Shown here piece after piece: positions 1-11,132 of a stretch of DNA of 64,000 nucleotides. The DNA lies in the NCBI RefSeq assembly GCF_964204645.1, contig NC_134035.1:2294001-2358000 (forward strand). The letters run 5' to 3'. The stretch's first letter is position 1, and each line of letters begins with the position of its first letter. Made by a program: the position numbers and the translations under genes. The DNA is from Tubulanus polymorphus. Its lineage: Eukaryota > Animalia > Nemertea. Below the pieces are notes generated by a model, which searched no databases, was not told the DNA's origin, and saw only the letters and a program-made list of their open reading frames with translations.

Positions 1-751
1 CGGATCGGCATATGCCATTGCGCTCAGCTACCGCTCTTGCATGACGTGTATTCTAACGGCCAAACATCGAACAGTCTCCCGGGACGTAACTGCTGTTTTA
101 ACGTCACTTCGAGTTTCCCATGAACATAAGTGACCGTCATGAGTCACGGGTCTTCTAAATTACATGTAATATCTAATACATGCAGTATCTCTGGGGTAAA
201 AATCCCATCACAAGGTTTTAAAGGCCTCAGTCATTTTGCAATTATTTGTTATTCAATTTCCAAACGGCACTTCTACTTGTGACACATCTAGTACCGGATC
301 ACTAGCCAACACCAACGTGTTGTTGATGACATTCGACCATCTTTGATTATACATGTATCCATTTTCAATTTTTCCCTTGTAAATGTATTACGTTCAAATT
401 TTCATATGTAAGTGACTTGAGTTTATCGGAAATGGAGTAAAGTCAAAGTTACTTAAACTAAAGTATATATGTGGGGAAGTGCGCTTGAAAACCGCATGAT
501 TTATGTTTAATATAACTTTAAGATAGTATCTGCCAAGAGCTAAGTGTTAGGAATTGGTCAAGGCTGTCTGCTGACACGGTAACTGGATGGAGTAAATTCC
601 GATCACGTTCTGAGCTCTTCCGGCGTGTCACACCGTCTGAATACTCAATGCGTGTCTCCGATGCGGCGTTTGGGATCCAACAGGTTATGGTCGAATTTTG
701 TCCGATTCACGGTTCAATTAATTTCCAAAAAAACTTTCAGTAACAACACGT

Positions 752-3700
752 TCAAAACGGATGGCTTACAAACATGGCAATAGATATTAGCGAAATGATC
801 AAGAAATTGAGAGGTTTAAGCAAACAATTGGCTCGACACGGAATAGTTTTTCGTCGCGGGGGAGAATTCATACACGCCGACTCACGGCGCCGATATCTGG
901 GCGTCTGCGCGCAAATATCCGGTCCATCGTCTGTGACCGGTGAGGGTCCCGGCAATTCCACCTCGCAACTTTCCGCGCTATCTTCCGAGTCGCATATCTG
1001 ATCGGCTACGACCAACAATAAGTTACTTTTCTCGAGACTTTTTACTAGGAACCGTCTGGTACAATTTGTAAAGCAGTTGAATTCTCCGGACGCCTGACGA
1101 CCGGGCAGACTATCGAGATAACTCGTGTTGGCGTAGTAATACTCTCGTTTCATCGTGCAACTGATGTTTTTGATTTTGTCGTCCAACACCGATTCGTCGT
1201 CGGCGTCATCGGCACTGGCGTACGAGAGTAAATCTGATACCAATTCGAAAATCGTCGCGATGAAATACGTAGCGCTGAATCGAGGCGTCAACCAGTTGAA
1301 CAGATCGGTCAACGTCGGAATGTAAAACGACCGCGGACCCGACGCGCTGTTCTCATCGGTGATCACCGTACACGTGGCCTGATAGTCGTAATACGTCATC
1401 GAACCGATCAGCGACGTGTTATACATCCAATACGCGAGTTGCGGGTCGACGGTCGGGTCGCCGATAAAACGCCCCACTTCATAATCGGGTTGATTACTAG
1501 CGATCAGATATCCGGACTCGTCCAACAGATAACAAACCACGTCGATTTCCTTACATTCGTCCACAGTTTCGGCCAATCGATTGCGCAATTCGTCTTCAGT
1601 GATTTTCGCACCGACGACCGCTACTTTTACCTGATTGGACAGTTTTACCGATTTGGCCACCAACACGGTTCCGTTAAAGGGTACGGAATAATTCGACGGT
1701 TCGACCGGACGCACGCTGAACACGAAGCCGCCCTGGTTCTCATCCTCGTACATGAACGCCCTTTGGAAATAGGCGGCGTTCCAGACGTCGGCCCAGTCGA
1801 GAAACTCTGAACCCTCGTTCCAGGGAAATACAGCAGTCAGGCCGCCGTATGTACCGATAAATCGCGCTATGATACCGGCGCTGATCGCCTTCTCCGTCGT
1901 CTCCTCCCAATGAGTTTGCAGTTTAGTCGTCGACAAATCTAAAAGCACGTTGTTCAATATTTCGGACCCGTTAGCTCCGCCGCAAGTGCCGTTCGCATGC
2001 CGGTCCAATTCGTCTTTTAAAATATCCGCCGAATTCAAAACGTTGTTTTCGATCACGTCGGCTAAACCCGGGCAATAGTTCCAGGGCGCTAATAGCAGCA
2101 GAGACGAGCGGTTACCGTTCAGTTGGTTCATCGCCGCTGTTTTCCTATCGGCGGCAACTGGCTTCGAAACCTCGAGAAACTTCGTATGAGATTTCGGATT
2201 AACGACGCCGATACTGAACGGGGATCCAGCGATTCCAGCGTGCATATACGTACGCGCTTGTTTAGCGATATAGGCTCCATCAGTCGTACGAAAGAACCCG
2301 TCAAAATCGTCGCTACCCATCGATTTTTGATCGATCATTTTCTTTCTGATCGACGATTTCTGGCCGTTTTCGTCGTCGATTTCCACGTCCATGATGTCGA
2401 CGTTAGGAGGCACGCTGTCCGAGTCGACGGCGTCGTATTTCAGATGCGGATGCGACACTAGATATCCGTTCGTGTTGATGACGAACGAATATCCGTTCGG
2501 GCCGAGTTTTCTCAACGGCGTAAACTTCTGCATGTCTTTCGTTCGGAAGTCGATGCCCATCACGCCGATGATGGTTTGATTTTGAGAGCAGCCAGCCGCG
2601 CACGAATCGTTACTACCGCCGGCCAGACACCTCTCTCGACAACCATCGGTGTCAGTCGTGTCGTAAACGGGCAGAGTAACGGTGGTCGTCATTCCTAAAC
2701 CCTGCGCGTCGTTATACGGGTCCGTCCATTCGGCCTGTTTCGTCTGTACGGTATCTTTCTGCAAGATGTCGATATACTCTTGAACGGTCGTGCGTATTTC
2801 ACCCATGGCCGGAATCTGCGAGAAGAAGCCGTTTTTCGTGCACGCCATCCAACGTTTCACGACGGCCGATTTCGTCGGTAGACCGATAGCGTAAATGAAC
2901 ACGCGCACGTCCGTCGCGTCCCAGTCGTATTTTTTGAACACCTCTTCGGGAATATCGCGCGGGCTTTCGGTCAACATTACCATGACCTTGTTGCATTTGG
3001 CCCCGGCGGCGTGGTCAGCATATACGGAACTATTTCCCAGTTGCTCGAACTCTTTGTAACCGAAATCGAACGCTTTTTCGTAGCTGGCCATCTTCGAAGC
3101 GACGATTTCGTCGATTTCGTCGAAAAGTAGTTTCTTATTGCGATGGTTCGCGCGCACGAATGAATTCAGACACGACAGACCGACGGTTTCTTTAGAGAAT
3201 TTCGCCACCCGAATGTAGTCGTTTTCGCCCAGCGTGTTGATGATGGATTTGGCCGCCACTTTCAGCAACTGTAGAGGCTTACCGTGCACGCTGCCGCTGT
3301 GGTCGATCAGAATGAGCATATCTTTCGACGGACTGGAACCCAACGTGTACCACGGTCGGCGACGCACGTCGTACAGATCCACCGAATCCCCGTGCCACCT
3401 GCTTGCGGGGAGCGTACGCATAAACCCGACCCGACTGCCGAAATACTGCCACAACAAATCCGGGTCGTTCAGACGATTCTCGTGGAAGACTCGGTCTAAC
3501 CTGGCTGACCAAGTCAAACCGTTTTGAATATCCACATCACCACGGAACACTTCCACAGGGATGTGTACACTAGACGTGTCCGCTATGACGTTCTGTTCGA
3601 GGCGTTCGTCGTAAACGAAAACCGTCTCGTTATTTTCGGGGTCGTCTTCTTTCGCGTGGATATAGATAACATCTTGCATCGCCGGATCGGAGTTCCAAGT

Positions 3701-4048
3701 GTGATTTTTTGCTAGTTTTTCGGCTTCGAGTACCGACCTCTCCAGCGCTTTGACCTTCTTGTCTAAATCGTCGCGCAAACCACGCTCCATCGTCGCCAAC
3801 ACGTCCTTCAAGTCGACGTCGCCGAAATCCATCTCGCCTTTATCCTTCATCAGTTGGTATTCGGAAACGGCGATATCCGTGCCGATTATACTGTCCAACC
3901 AACTGGACAACTCGTTGTCGAACAAGTCCGCGAAATCTGGTTTAATCGACGGTAACGCGTCGACGGATTTCGGCGCGACCACCAATGAAACTAACATAAA
4001 TCCTCGTATGTAATTGTACAGTACATAGCTGGTACTGATGGACGCCAT
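752..4048 (-). CDS. CACNA2D: Voltage-dependent calcium channel alpha2/delta subunit (intronless CDS, 1098 aa)
   Basis: Uninterrupted ORF with an N-terminal hydrophobic signal-like stretch. Family motifs: SSVHIP, DPDLLWQYFGS, YDVRRRPWY, a VWA domain with MIDAS DHSGS, Cache segments (PYNDAQGLG, KLGPNGYSFVINTNGYLVSHP, CYLLDESGYLI), a Cys-rich delta region and a hydrophobic C-terminal GPI/TM signal. The paralogue number cannot be assigned. Confidence 0.95.
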   Translation of the reverse strand: MASISTSYVLYNYIRGFMLVSLVVAPKSVDALPSIKPDFADLFDNELSSWLDSIIGTDIAVSEYQLMKDKGEMDFGDVDLKDVLATMERGLRDDLDKKVKALERSVLEAEKLAKNHTWNSDPAMQDVIYIHAKEDDPENNETVFVYDERLEQNVIADTSSVHIPVEVFRGDVDIQNGLTWSARLDRVFHENRLNDPDLLWQYFGSRVGFMRTLPASRWHGDSVDLYDVRRRPWYTLGSSPSKDMLILIDHSGSVHGKPLQLLKVAAKSIINTLGENDYIRVAKFSKETVGLSCLNSFVRANHRNKKLLFDEIDEIVASKMASYEKAFDFGYKEFEQLGNSSVYADHAAGAKCNKVMVMLTESPRDIPEEVFKKYDWDATDVRVFIYAIGLPTKSAVVKRWMACTKNGFFSQIPAMGEIRTTVQEYIDILQKDTVQTKQAEWTDPYNDAQGLGMTTTVTLPVYDTTDTDGCRERCLAGGSNDSCAAGCSQNQTIIGVMGIDFRTKDMQKFTPLRKLGPNGYSFVINTNGYLVSHPHLKYDAVDSDSVPPNVDIMDVEIDDENGQKSSIRKKMIDQKSMGSDDFDGFFRTTDGAYIAKQARTYMHAGIAGSPFSIGVVNPKSHTKFLEVSKPVAADRKTAAMNQLNGNRSSLLLLAPWNYCPGLADVIENNVLNSADILKDELDRHANGTCGGANGSEILNNVLLDLSTTKLQTHWEETTEKAISAGIIARFIGTYGGLTAVFPWNEGSEFLDWADVWNAAYFQRAFMYEDENQGGFVFSVRPVEPSNYSVPFNGTVLVAKSVKLSNQVKVAVVGAKITEDELRNRLAETVDECKEIDVVCYLLDESGYLIASNQPDYEVGRFIGDPTVDPQLAYWMYNTSLIGSMTYYDYQATCTVITDENSASGPRSFYIPTLTDLFNWLTPRFSATYFIATIFELVSDLLSYASADDADDESVLDDKIKNISCTMKREYYYANTSYLDSLPGRQASGEFNCFTNCTRRFLVKSLEKSNLLLVVADQICDSEDSAESCEVELPGPSPVTDDGPDICAQTPRYRRRESACMNSPPRRKTIPCRANCLLKPLNFLIISLISIAMFVSHPF

Positions 4049-4635
4049 GATGCGCGAAGCAGAAGTAAGAGAAAGGCTTAGAGAGTTAGTTGCATACTAA
4101 GAGAATATATATCTAAGAATAGCCGATGTGCATCGGGTGCTATAAATATATCGCATCCCGCCAGACTGCGCAAACTGGAACAAGTCGGTTTCAGCATTAA
4201 ATATGCGGCACGTTTAGATCTTTCAAATCTAAGCTCATTTTGAAAACAAATTTCATCATCTTCAAACGCCAATCACTTAAATCAGACAATTAAACGCCGG
4301 ATTGCGAATATCGATTAAATAAATAAATAAATTCGCAAATAAAGTTATTTGGACAGTTGGATACAAAATCAAAACCTAATTTGTGGTGTTTTCGTATTTT
4401 CTATTTATCCCGAATGTTTGTAATGTGTAGATCTTAGGTGAAAAAATATTTCATCGTTACCGGCACCGGTGTATTTTTGCCAGAGGTCAATAAAGTTTCC
4501 ATTGAATTATATTTGAATGACCATCACGTGCTACCACCTATACTCAGTCTCTCGAACTAGAACCAGGAAGTAAATAAAAATACTCAAATACTTTGTTGAT
4601 CGTGACGACATTTCTCACATTTCTTTGACGTAATT

Positions 4636-4741
4636 GCCTATAATACCAGACGTCTAATCTTATCTCACCATTTGACGTATCAAGCGGACAAAAATAAAAG
4701 AAACAATCTGCGAGGTTGGTTTTTGTATTTTTTGGGTAAGT
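4636..4741 (+). promoter_or_regulatory. Putative core promoter and non-coding leader exon of MS4A-like copy 1
   Basis: TATA-like cctataat at ~4638, then a ttgacgt...aataaaagaa...gaggttg block ending at the donor GTAAGT (4736-4741). Homologous blocks recur before copy 2 (~9710-9805), copy 4 (~15290-15367, donor GTGAGT at 15362) and copy 5 (~18745-18832, donor GTGAGT at 18827). An acceptor AG lies at 5426-5427, just upstream of the ATG. Confidence 0.5.
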
Positions 4742-5454
4742 ATTTAAACGTAACTTTTGTTTAATGATTGAACCTCACTCATTCGATTCTTCAATTTCAA
4801 GATTTTGATTCCGTCGTTCTCCTCATCGTGCTCTCTTTATTACTCATGATCGGCCTATTTATAAGGCCTAGTTTGAGTTTAGAATCTGGGGCTCGGTAGG
4901 AATGATGTATTTGTAAAAGTCTGTAATGGGATTCAAATGCTGACTGAGATCTCTCATTTGGTTGATCTTGTGGCAAGTCGCGATTTGTTCACTTTCACTT
5001 TCACTATCTTCATTTCATTTGATTTGATTAATTTGATGATTAACACAGAGGTTTGAAAATAAAGGTAAAATATTTGTCTAAATTTCGTGCTTGTAGGTAG
5101 TTCATACTACAATAATGGTCATTCTTACCAAGCCTTGAAGCCGATTAAAATCATGTTTATTCTGTCAATTTGTCTTGAGTTGTTTCGTCGTCGAAATTTT
5201 GCTTAATTCTTAGAGTTGAATTTAGGGCCCACGAACTAAAACAATAATGTTTTTATCGTATTGCTTGATCAGTCTCTTGTTCTGGATTGTGTATGTCCTA
5301 TAATTTTGTTGTAACTTGAGTAGTTTAGATGAATATTAGAATTGAGAGGTTCAGATGAACTATCAGGACTATTAGCATGGGTCCTTTTTTATTACATTGT
5401 ATTTCATTTTCTCATCGCATCCTCTAGGTACTTGAAAAAAAGAAGAATCATAAA

Positions 5455-6585
5455 ATGGCTTCACAGGTGCCCCCGGTATACAGCACTGGTGGCGCGGGTC
5501 ACGTGAACCAGATTTCACCTCAGCCACAAACGGTGATGATGTCGGCGGTGCCGCAGCAACCGATCGCGACGAGCAATCGCCGAGCAGACGGATCACGAAT
5601 CAGTTTCGCCCATCATTCGGCGCGATATTGCGGAATCATTCAAATCGTCTGCGGTTTCATCCTGTTGATCATCGGGATTTCGATGATTCCGTCACATGCG
5701 ATGTTCTACTTCATCGGTTACGGATTCTGGGGCAGCATTCTGTGCTTCATCGCTGGCGGGCTTGGGCTGCACGGTTCGAAAACGAAGAACAACTGCCCGA
5801 TAATCGGCACGATGGTAATGTCGATTTTCACGTGTTTGTTCGGTTTTGTGTTGTTCGGGTTTTCAGCAGCTGGAATTCCGCTTGACGAGCATCAAAGAAG
5901 ATGCTTGAGAATGAACATGAATATGGAATTTGATTATTCGTACCGCTGCTATGGGCCCGCCAAGCCCGCGGACTCAATTGACCAAGTCAACTTCAGAGTA
6001 GCGTGCCACTCGATCAATTTGCTCGTCGGAATTGTTTTGATGGTCGTACCGATCGTTCAGTCGTGTGTGAGCTGTCAGGCAATTTGCTGCCCGACGACAG
6101 ACGCGTGTTTCCCACAGCAGACGACGACGCTGGTCTACGGGATGCATCCTCAACAACAGCCGATCGTCTACGTGATGCAACAACAACGTGGTGCATATAC
6201 TACACAACCCGGTCAGATCGTGTACGGTCAGCCTTTACAAGTTTACGGTCAACCTACTGCAAATCAGCCGCCGGGGTACGGTCAGCCCGCTGCGAATCAG
6301 CCGCTGGGATACGGTCAGCCCGCTGCGAATCAGCCGCCGGGGTACGGTCAGCCCGCTGCGAATCAGCTGCCGGGGGACGGTCTGCCCGCTGCGAATCAGC
6401 CGCTGGGGTACGGTCAGCCCGCCGTCACTACTCAATTGCCCTACAGTCAGCCCTCGGCTGTACAACCGTCTTATGGGCAGCCTACAGTAGCACCAGCGCC
6501 ACCTACTGGAGCCAGTGACGTCATGCCCGGAATTCACGGTCTGCCAAGCTACAACGAAGCTGTTACCGGAGTGAAATCTAATTGA
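5455..6585 (+). CDS. MS4A/CD20-like four-transmembrane protein, copy 1 (376 aa)
   Basis: Four hydrophobic helices with MS4A-like signatures (GIIQIVCG, GYGFWGSILCFIAGGLG), a two-Cys second extracellular loop, a juxtamembrane CxxCxAICC cluster, and a Pro/Gln/Tyr/Gly-rich tail ending in LPSY. Confidence 0.85.
   Translation: MASQVPPVYSTGGAGHVNQISPQPQTVMMSAVPQQPIATSNRRADGSRISFAHHSARYCGIIQIVCGFILLIIGISMIPSHAMFYFIGYGFWGSILCFIAGGLGLHGSKTKNNCPIIGTMVMSIFTCLFGFVLFGFSAAGIPLDEHQRRCLRMNMNMEFDYSYRCYGPAKPADSIDQVNFRVACHSINLLVGIVLMVVPIVQSCVSCQAICCPTTDACFPQQTTTLVYGMHPQQQPIVYVMQQQRGAYTTQPGQIVYGQPLQVYGQPTANQPPGYGQPAANQPLGYGQPAANQPPGYGQPAANQLPGDGLPAANQPLGYGQPAVTTQLPYSQPSAVQPSYGQPTVAPAPPTGASDVMPGIHGLPSYNEAVTGVKSN
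6244..6420 (+). repeat. Coding minisatellite, 33-bp unit (YGQPAANQPPG) x ~5.4
   Basis: Direct repeats of tacggtcagcccgctgcgaatcagccgccgggg; copies 2, 3 and 4 carry only about one unit. Confidence 0.95.
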
Positions 6586-6619
6586 TAGGTTATTGATGAA
6601 GAGAATTGATAAAAACTGG

Positions 6620-6955
6620 TGTTGTGATGATGATAATAAAAACCCCGCAAAGAGTTGTGACCATGATATAAAAATCCCACAAAGAGTTGTGTCAATAATA
6701 TGTAAACCCCACAGAGAGTTGTAACTGTAGTATGAAAATCCCACAGAGTTGTAACGATAATGAAACCCCACAAAGAGTTGTGGCAGTAATATAAACACCC
6801 CACAGAAAGTTGTAACTATAGTATGAAAATCCCACAGAGTTGTGGCAGTAATATAAACACCCCACAAGGAGTCTTGGCAGTAATATGAAAACCCCACATG
6901 GAGTTGTGGCAGTAACATGAAGACCCCACAAAATGTTGTAGCAGTAATATAAAGC
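6620..6955 (+). repeat. ~30-bp minisatellite in the 3' UTR of MS4A-like copy 1
   Basis: About 11 degenerate units of atataaaaaccccacaaagagttgtggcagta; shorter versions follow copies 2, 3 and 4. Confidence 0.9.
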
Positions 6956-7734
6956 ATGTTGAAAAAGCACATGGCTGCAAGGCCTCAAACTACATCTTTT
7001 TCTAAACTGCTTTTTACGTAGAGGATATAATGTACTTTACAATATCTACATGTACAATATATTCTTCGGTAGGATTATTATTATTTAGTATAATTATAGT
7101 ATCTTGATGTTGATTGTGTGGGCATACACATGCATGCTGGGGGGAGGGGGGAGGGTGGTTGGCAGGTCTAGTTCGGCCACCCACTCGTGTCAAAATACGT
7201 AAATATTTGAAAAGAGTCCCATTTCTCACTCTTTATTGAGATGTCTCTTAATTGATGACAACCATTCTTTCCACATGACGTAAAAATTTGAGACCCCATT
7301 AATTGAACTACATGTATTGTAATTTTACAAAACTGCGCTTCCGTCCAAATACAGATGTTTTAGTCAATGCGTACCCGTAGGTATTTGTTGATTTTTTCTG
7401 ATCCTCATAATCGATATGATGTGCCAAAATTGATCAAAGTCTGTTTGACATGAAAATGAAGGAATTGAATATGAGGGTCAGAAAGTGAGTTCTGAGAATT
7501 CTGCTGATTGATGTAGGACACCGGATGATCGCGTTGATATTTAATGGTTTTAAACACATGACGTCAAAGTGAATGGTGTGGCTATTGAATCTGATAAAGT
7601 AGATTAGCACCGTTCAATGTTTGCATCATGCAATCAGAGGTAAGAAAAGCATGGTGTTTTATGTTGGACTTTGAGTATATGATTTTTAGAATCCCTGTTT
7701 TCTTTCTTTTATTTTGTCGTTTTATATATCGTAA

Positions 7735-7954
7735 GGCTAAACAAAAATGATACCTTGTTTCTCCGCAGCGGCCGGGTCATTTTTGTAAAATATGATAAAA
7801 TTTATAAACAGTTCATTTCTATAGCGGCCGGGTCTGTTATGGTGAAATTGATCACGATTTCAAAAAAAGTAATGTATAGGGTAGATAGGCGGCCGGCCAG
7901 GTCAACATTTAAGCTCAGCAGAGCGGAGAAACAAGGTATCAATTTTTTTTGGCC
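7735..7954. mobile_element. PIF/Harbinger-type MITE (~220 bp), copy A
   Basis: TIRs ggctaaacaaaaatgataccttgtttctcc...ggagaaacaaggtatcaattttttttggcc with a 3-bp TAA target-site duplication; near-identical copy at 41970-42189. Confidence 0.85.
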
Positions 7955-10815
7955 TAATATTTATATATTTGCTTATTAATATTGTATTTCAGATTGGCTA
8001 TCATATACTTATTCAAAATGAACATGTATATCTTAGGAGCTGCTCTTACTATTGCTCCAGTGTAGAGAGGCTTAATATGGTGATTTAATTTGTGATGAAT
8101 ACAGTTGACTCCCCATAGCTAGGTACATTGTCAATTTATTGAAAAATTGCTGCTTATGGATACAAATAATTATATGAAAAAAAATGTCCTGTTAATTGAC
8201 TAGATATAATAGCATGGAACAAGGCGTTGTTGACTTAGTGTAGAGTCAATTTGAATTACAACTTTTATTATCAATACACGGCCAAAAATAGTATATTGTT
8301 ATAAGGTATATTCCATGAAACTAATGAATTATACAGCCAAACGCGCTTAATGCCGAGCAGTGATCCATCAGATACGGATATTATTTATGGTCCAGCCATA
8401 CCGGAACTTAAATGTAAGCGAAATACAATGTTTAATCTGGCTTCCCAGAAAATAGATTAATTTCGTAATCCCAATGAGCTACTATAATTGTTAGTATAAA
8501 GTACTATCCGTCTGGTTTTACCGTTTCATAAGGCTTATACAAACGTACTAAGCTGTCTAATATACGGGCTAGACATATACAGAATTATGTTGTGATCAAA
8601 TTCTAAACTCGGTGAAATATACATACTCTTCAAAAATACTGAATTTAATGTCAGAATGTCTTTGAATAGCTTTTAGAAAATTTATATTCTAGAAAGTTAT
8701 CGCCTGTTACACATATATGAAATATATTTATATATATATTGTTATTATTATTGATTGTACTAAACTTCTGACCGATATTCAACAACAGATTTTATACCAA
8801 GACGTGATTTTGAATGTTTTCCAAAACAAAAATATGCGTTTTTATTTTCGGACTTGTCAATCGCTGTTTGTGATTTCTTTTTTAAATTCTACCGCTACTG
8901 TCTGTTATAATTGTTACAATAAAATCTACGATGTCGTTGTCAAGTTTATGAAGAAATTTCGCATTTTAGTCAATCGTAGGGAAGTGGATATTTCATTGTG
9001 TTGATCCAGGTTCGAACTTGGTCTGCCCAACCCTGATGAGAATCGGACAAGTCAGTTTTCAGTTCACCACCTACCCCATGTAAAACTCACGAAGCGTTTT
9101 AATGATACATCGTACAAATTACCAAAATTCATACAGTATAGTAACACGATCTGCTCGACGGAGCATGAGGTCGAACATTGTGTCCGACAGTGGATATTAT
9201 GTTGTACTGTATATCAAATTTCAACAAACATCATTAAACGGTTATGCGAGTTATTTAAGCGGAGTCTACTTTTGCGGCTGTTTGGGATGAACAATGATTA
9301 GGTTCATCAACCGCGATACTTTTCACAAATTCCCCGAATTCAATTCGATCGACTATCACATGCTGCCACCTACATGCATGCTCTCGAACTAGAGTCATGA
9401 TTGTACCATGTTGAAAAAGATTTTCTCGGTTTTTTGGTACAGTACAAAAACAATATGGCGACATTTTCAACACATGGATTAGGGGCCACGAATTAGAGTC
9501 CAGAGGGCTGGCTCAAGTGGATAGTATGCTACGCTGGATACGGGGTCTGCAGTTTCCGAATTCGATCAACTTTCTCTGATTTCGACCCATGTCGTACAGC
9601 GGCGTACCAAAATCAAATATTCTCCGTCGACATGGTAGTGGCCTACGCTACATCTCCCTTTGAGTTGAGATGATTCTCAACAATTCAAATCAATTCTATT
9701 ATTCAAGCCTCCGATATAAGACGCTCAAGTCTCACTTGACGTGCATGTAGTGAGAGAGAATAAAGAAATCTCTGAGGTTGGTTTTTGTTTTTTGTTGTGA
9801 TGAGTGAAAATTTGAATTTGAACTTTAAAGTCTAGATTCGATTTCGTCTTAGTTCATTACTCCTTCCGCTCCCGGGGCTCTTCCTTAATGCTTCCTAATA
9901 TGGCCTAGTTCGGGTTCAGTATTTGGGGCTTAGCAGGTGGATATATGATAGTTTAGAACTTCAGTTATGGAACGCCAAGATTCTCTTTGTGAGCTGATCT
10001 TGTATCGATTTGTTGCTGAATCTAGACTGACTGGTTGCCTGTCCCAGAGACCGGTAACCAGTCTATTGCTGAATCGGAGTCTACTTTCACTTTCATTTTT
10101 AACCCTTCGATCGATCACCAATTAGCATTCATCTGATCGATTTATTGATTTGGTTGATAAAGTTACTATTGGATGAATATTTTTCTAAATGTTAGGCTTA
10201 GTTCATACACTAGACTCGGTACTGTTCTATCCGATCTGTTCATTCGGTATTAAAGATAAAAATAAGATTGCAACTGTTCTCATCAGGTAGATGAGTCCGG
10301 TACATTCGCGGTAATCCGCCTGTTTTCGGTGAAATTTTGACTGAATTTCGGTTCATTCTGCGCGTGCGTAAATATAAACATAACGGCCCTTCACATACAA
10401 ACCCGATTAAAATCCAAACTGCGTAAAGTAAACAAAACAAATCGTGCAGCCGGCCCTTGTTTGGTAAATTTTGGAAATTTAGGTAAATTTCTTTGCAATG
10501 ATATTTAGCGCATATCATTGCCTTACGAAGTACTGTGGGCTTTCGTTATACATGTAGTCCAATACCGGTTTGAATTATGTTATTTCAAAAGGCATTTGGT
10601 CAGAAGGGGGGGCTCGGACCCCCTCCTCAGGATCCGCCCCTGCTGTATACCGGTTTAGGTGGAGTCTGCTGAACTACTGGTCCTAGTCAGTGGATTTCTT
10701 GTCGAAGTTTTGCTCTATTTTTGGAAACGCGTTAGGCCAGTCTAAATCGATTATGTTTTATCTTACCTTTGTTCTGGATTGTGTTTATACCTATATAATT
10801 TTGTCGTAAATTACT

Positions 10816-10979
10816 GGGCTAGGTTTCATAGATGTGGGATAAAAGTAATCCCTGGGGGAATATTTTGAATTTTGTCAGTTATAACCATAGTTTCTCATTG
10901 TTACTATGATGGTTGTCAACCCGGATTGAGGATTTACCTCTAGGGATAACTTTGATACTCAGTCCATGAAACCCGGCCC
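10816..10979. mobile_element. Short TIR element (MITE) in the 5' intron of MS4A-like copy 2
   Basis: Inverted termini gggctaggtttcataga...tccatgaaacccggccc; absent from the homologous intron position before copies 1, 3 and 4. Confidence 0.6.
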
Positions 10980-11132
10980 CGGAATATAAAGATAAAGCAC
11001 GTTGAAATAAACTATTAGTATTACTAGTTCAAGAATACGTATTTTTCATTCTCGTATTTTCAATTCAGGATATTACATTGTGTTTTATTTTTTTCATCAC
11101 TCTTCCAGCTACTCAAAAAAAACAATCGTAAA

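Noticed and set aside
774-4013. Numerous short plus-strand ORFs antisense to CACNA2D (likewise antisense to TRAF7 and the MS4A genes)
   Set aside because: Shadow ORFs produced by the GC/CpG-rich codon usage of the real genes.
6235-6972. 245-aa antisense ORF overlapping the MS4A copy 1 tail
   Set aside because: It runs through two minisatellites; the open frame is a repeat artefact.
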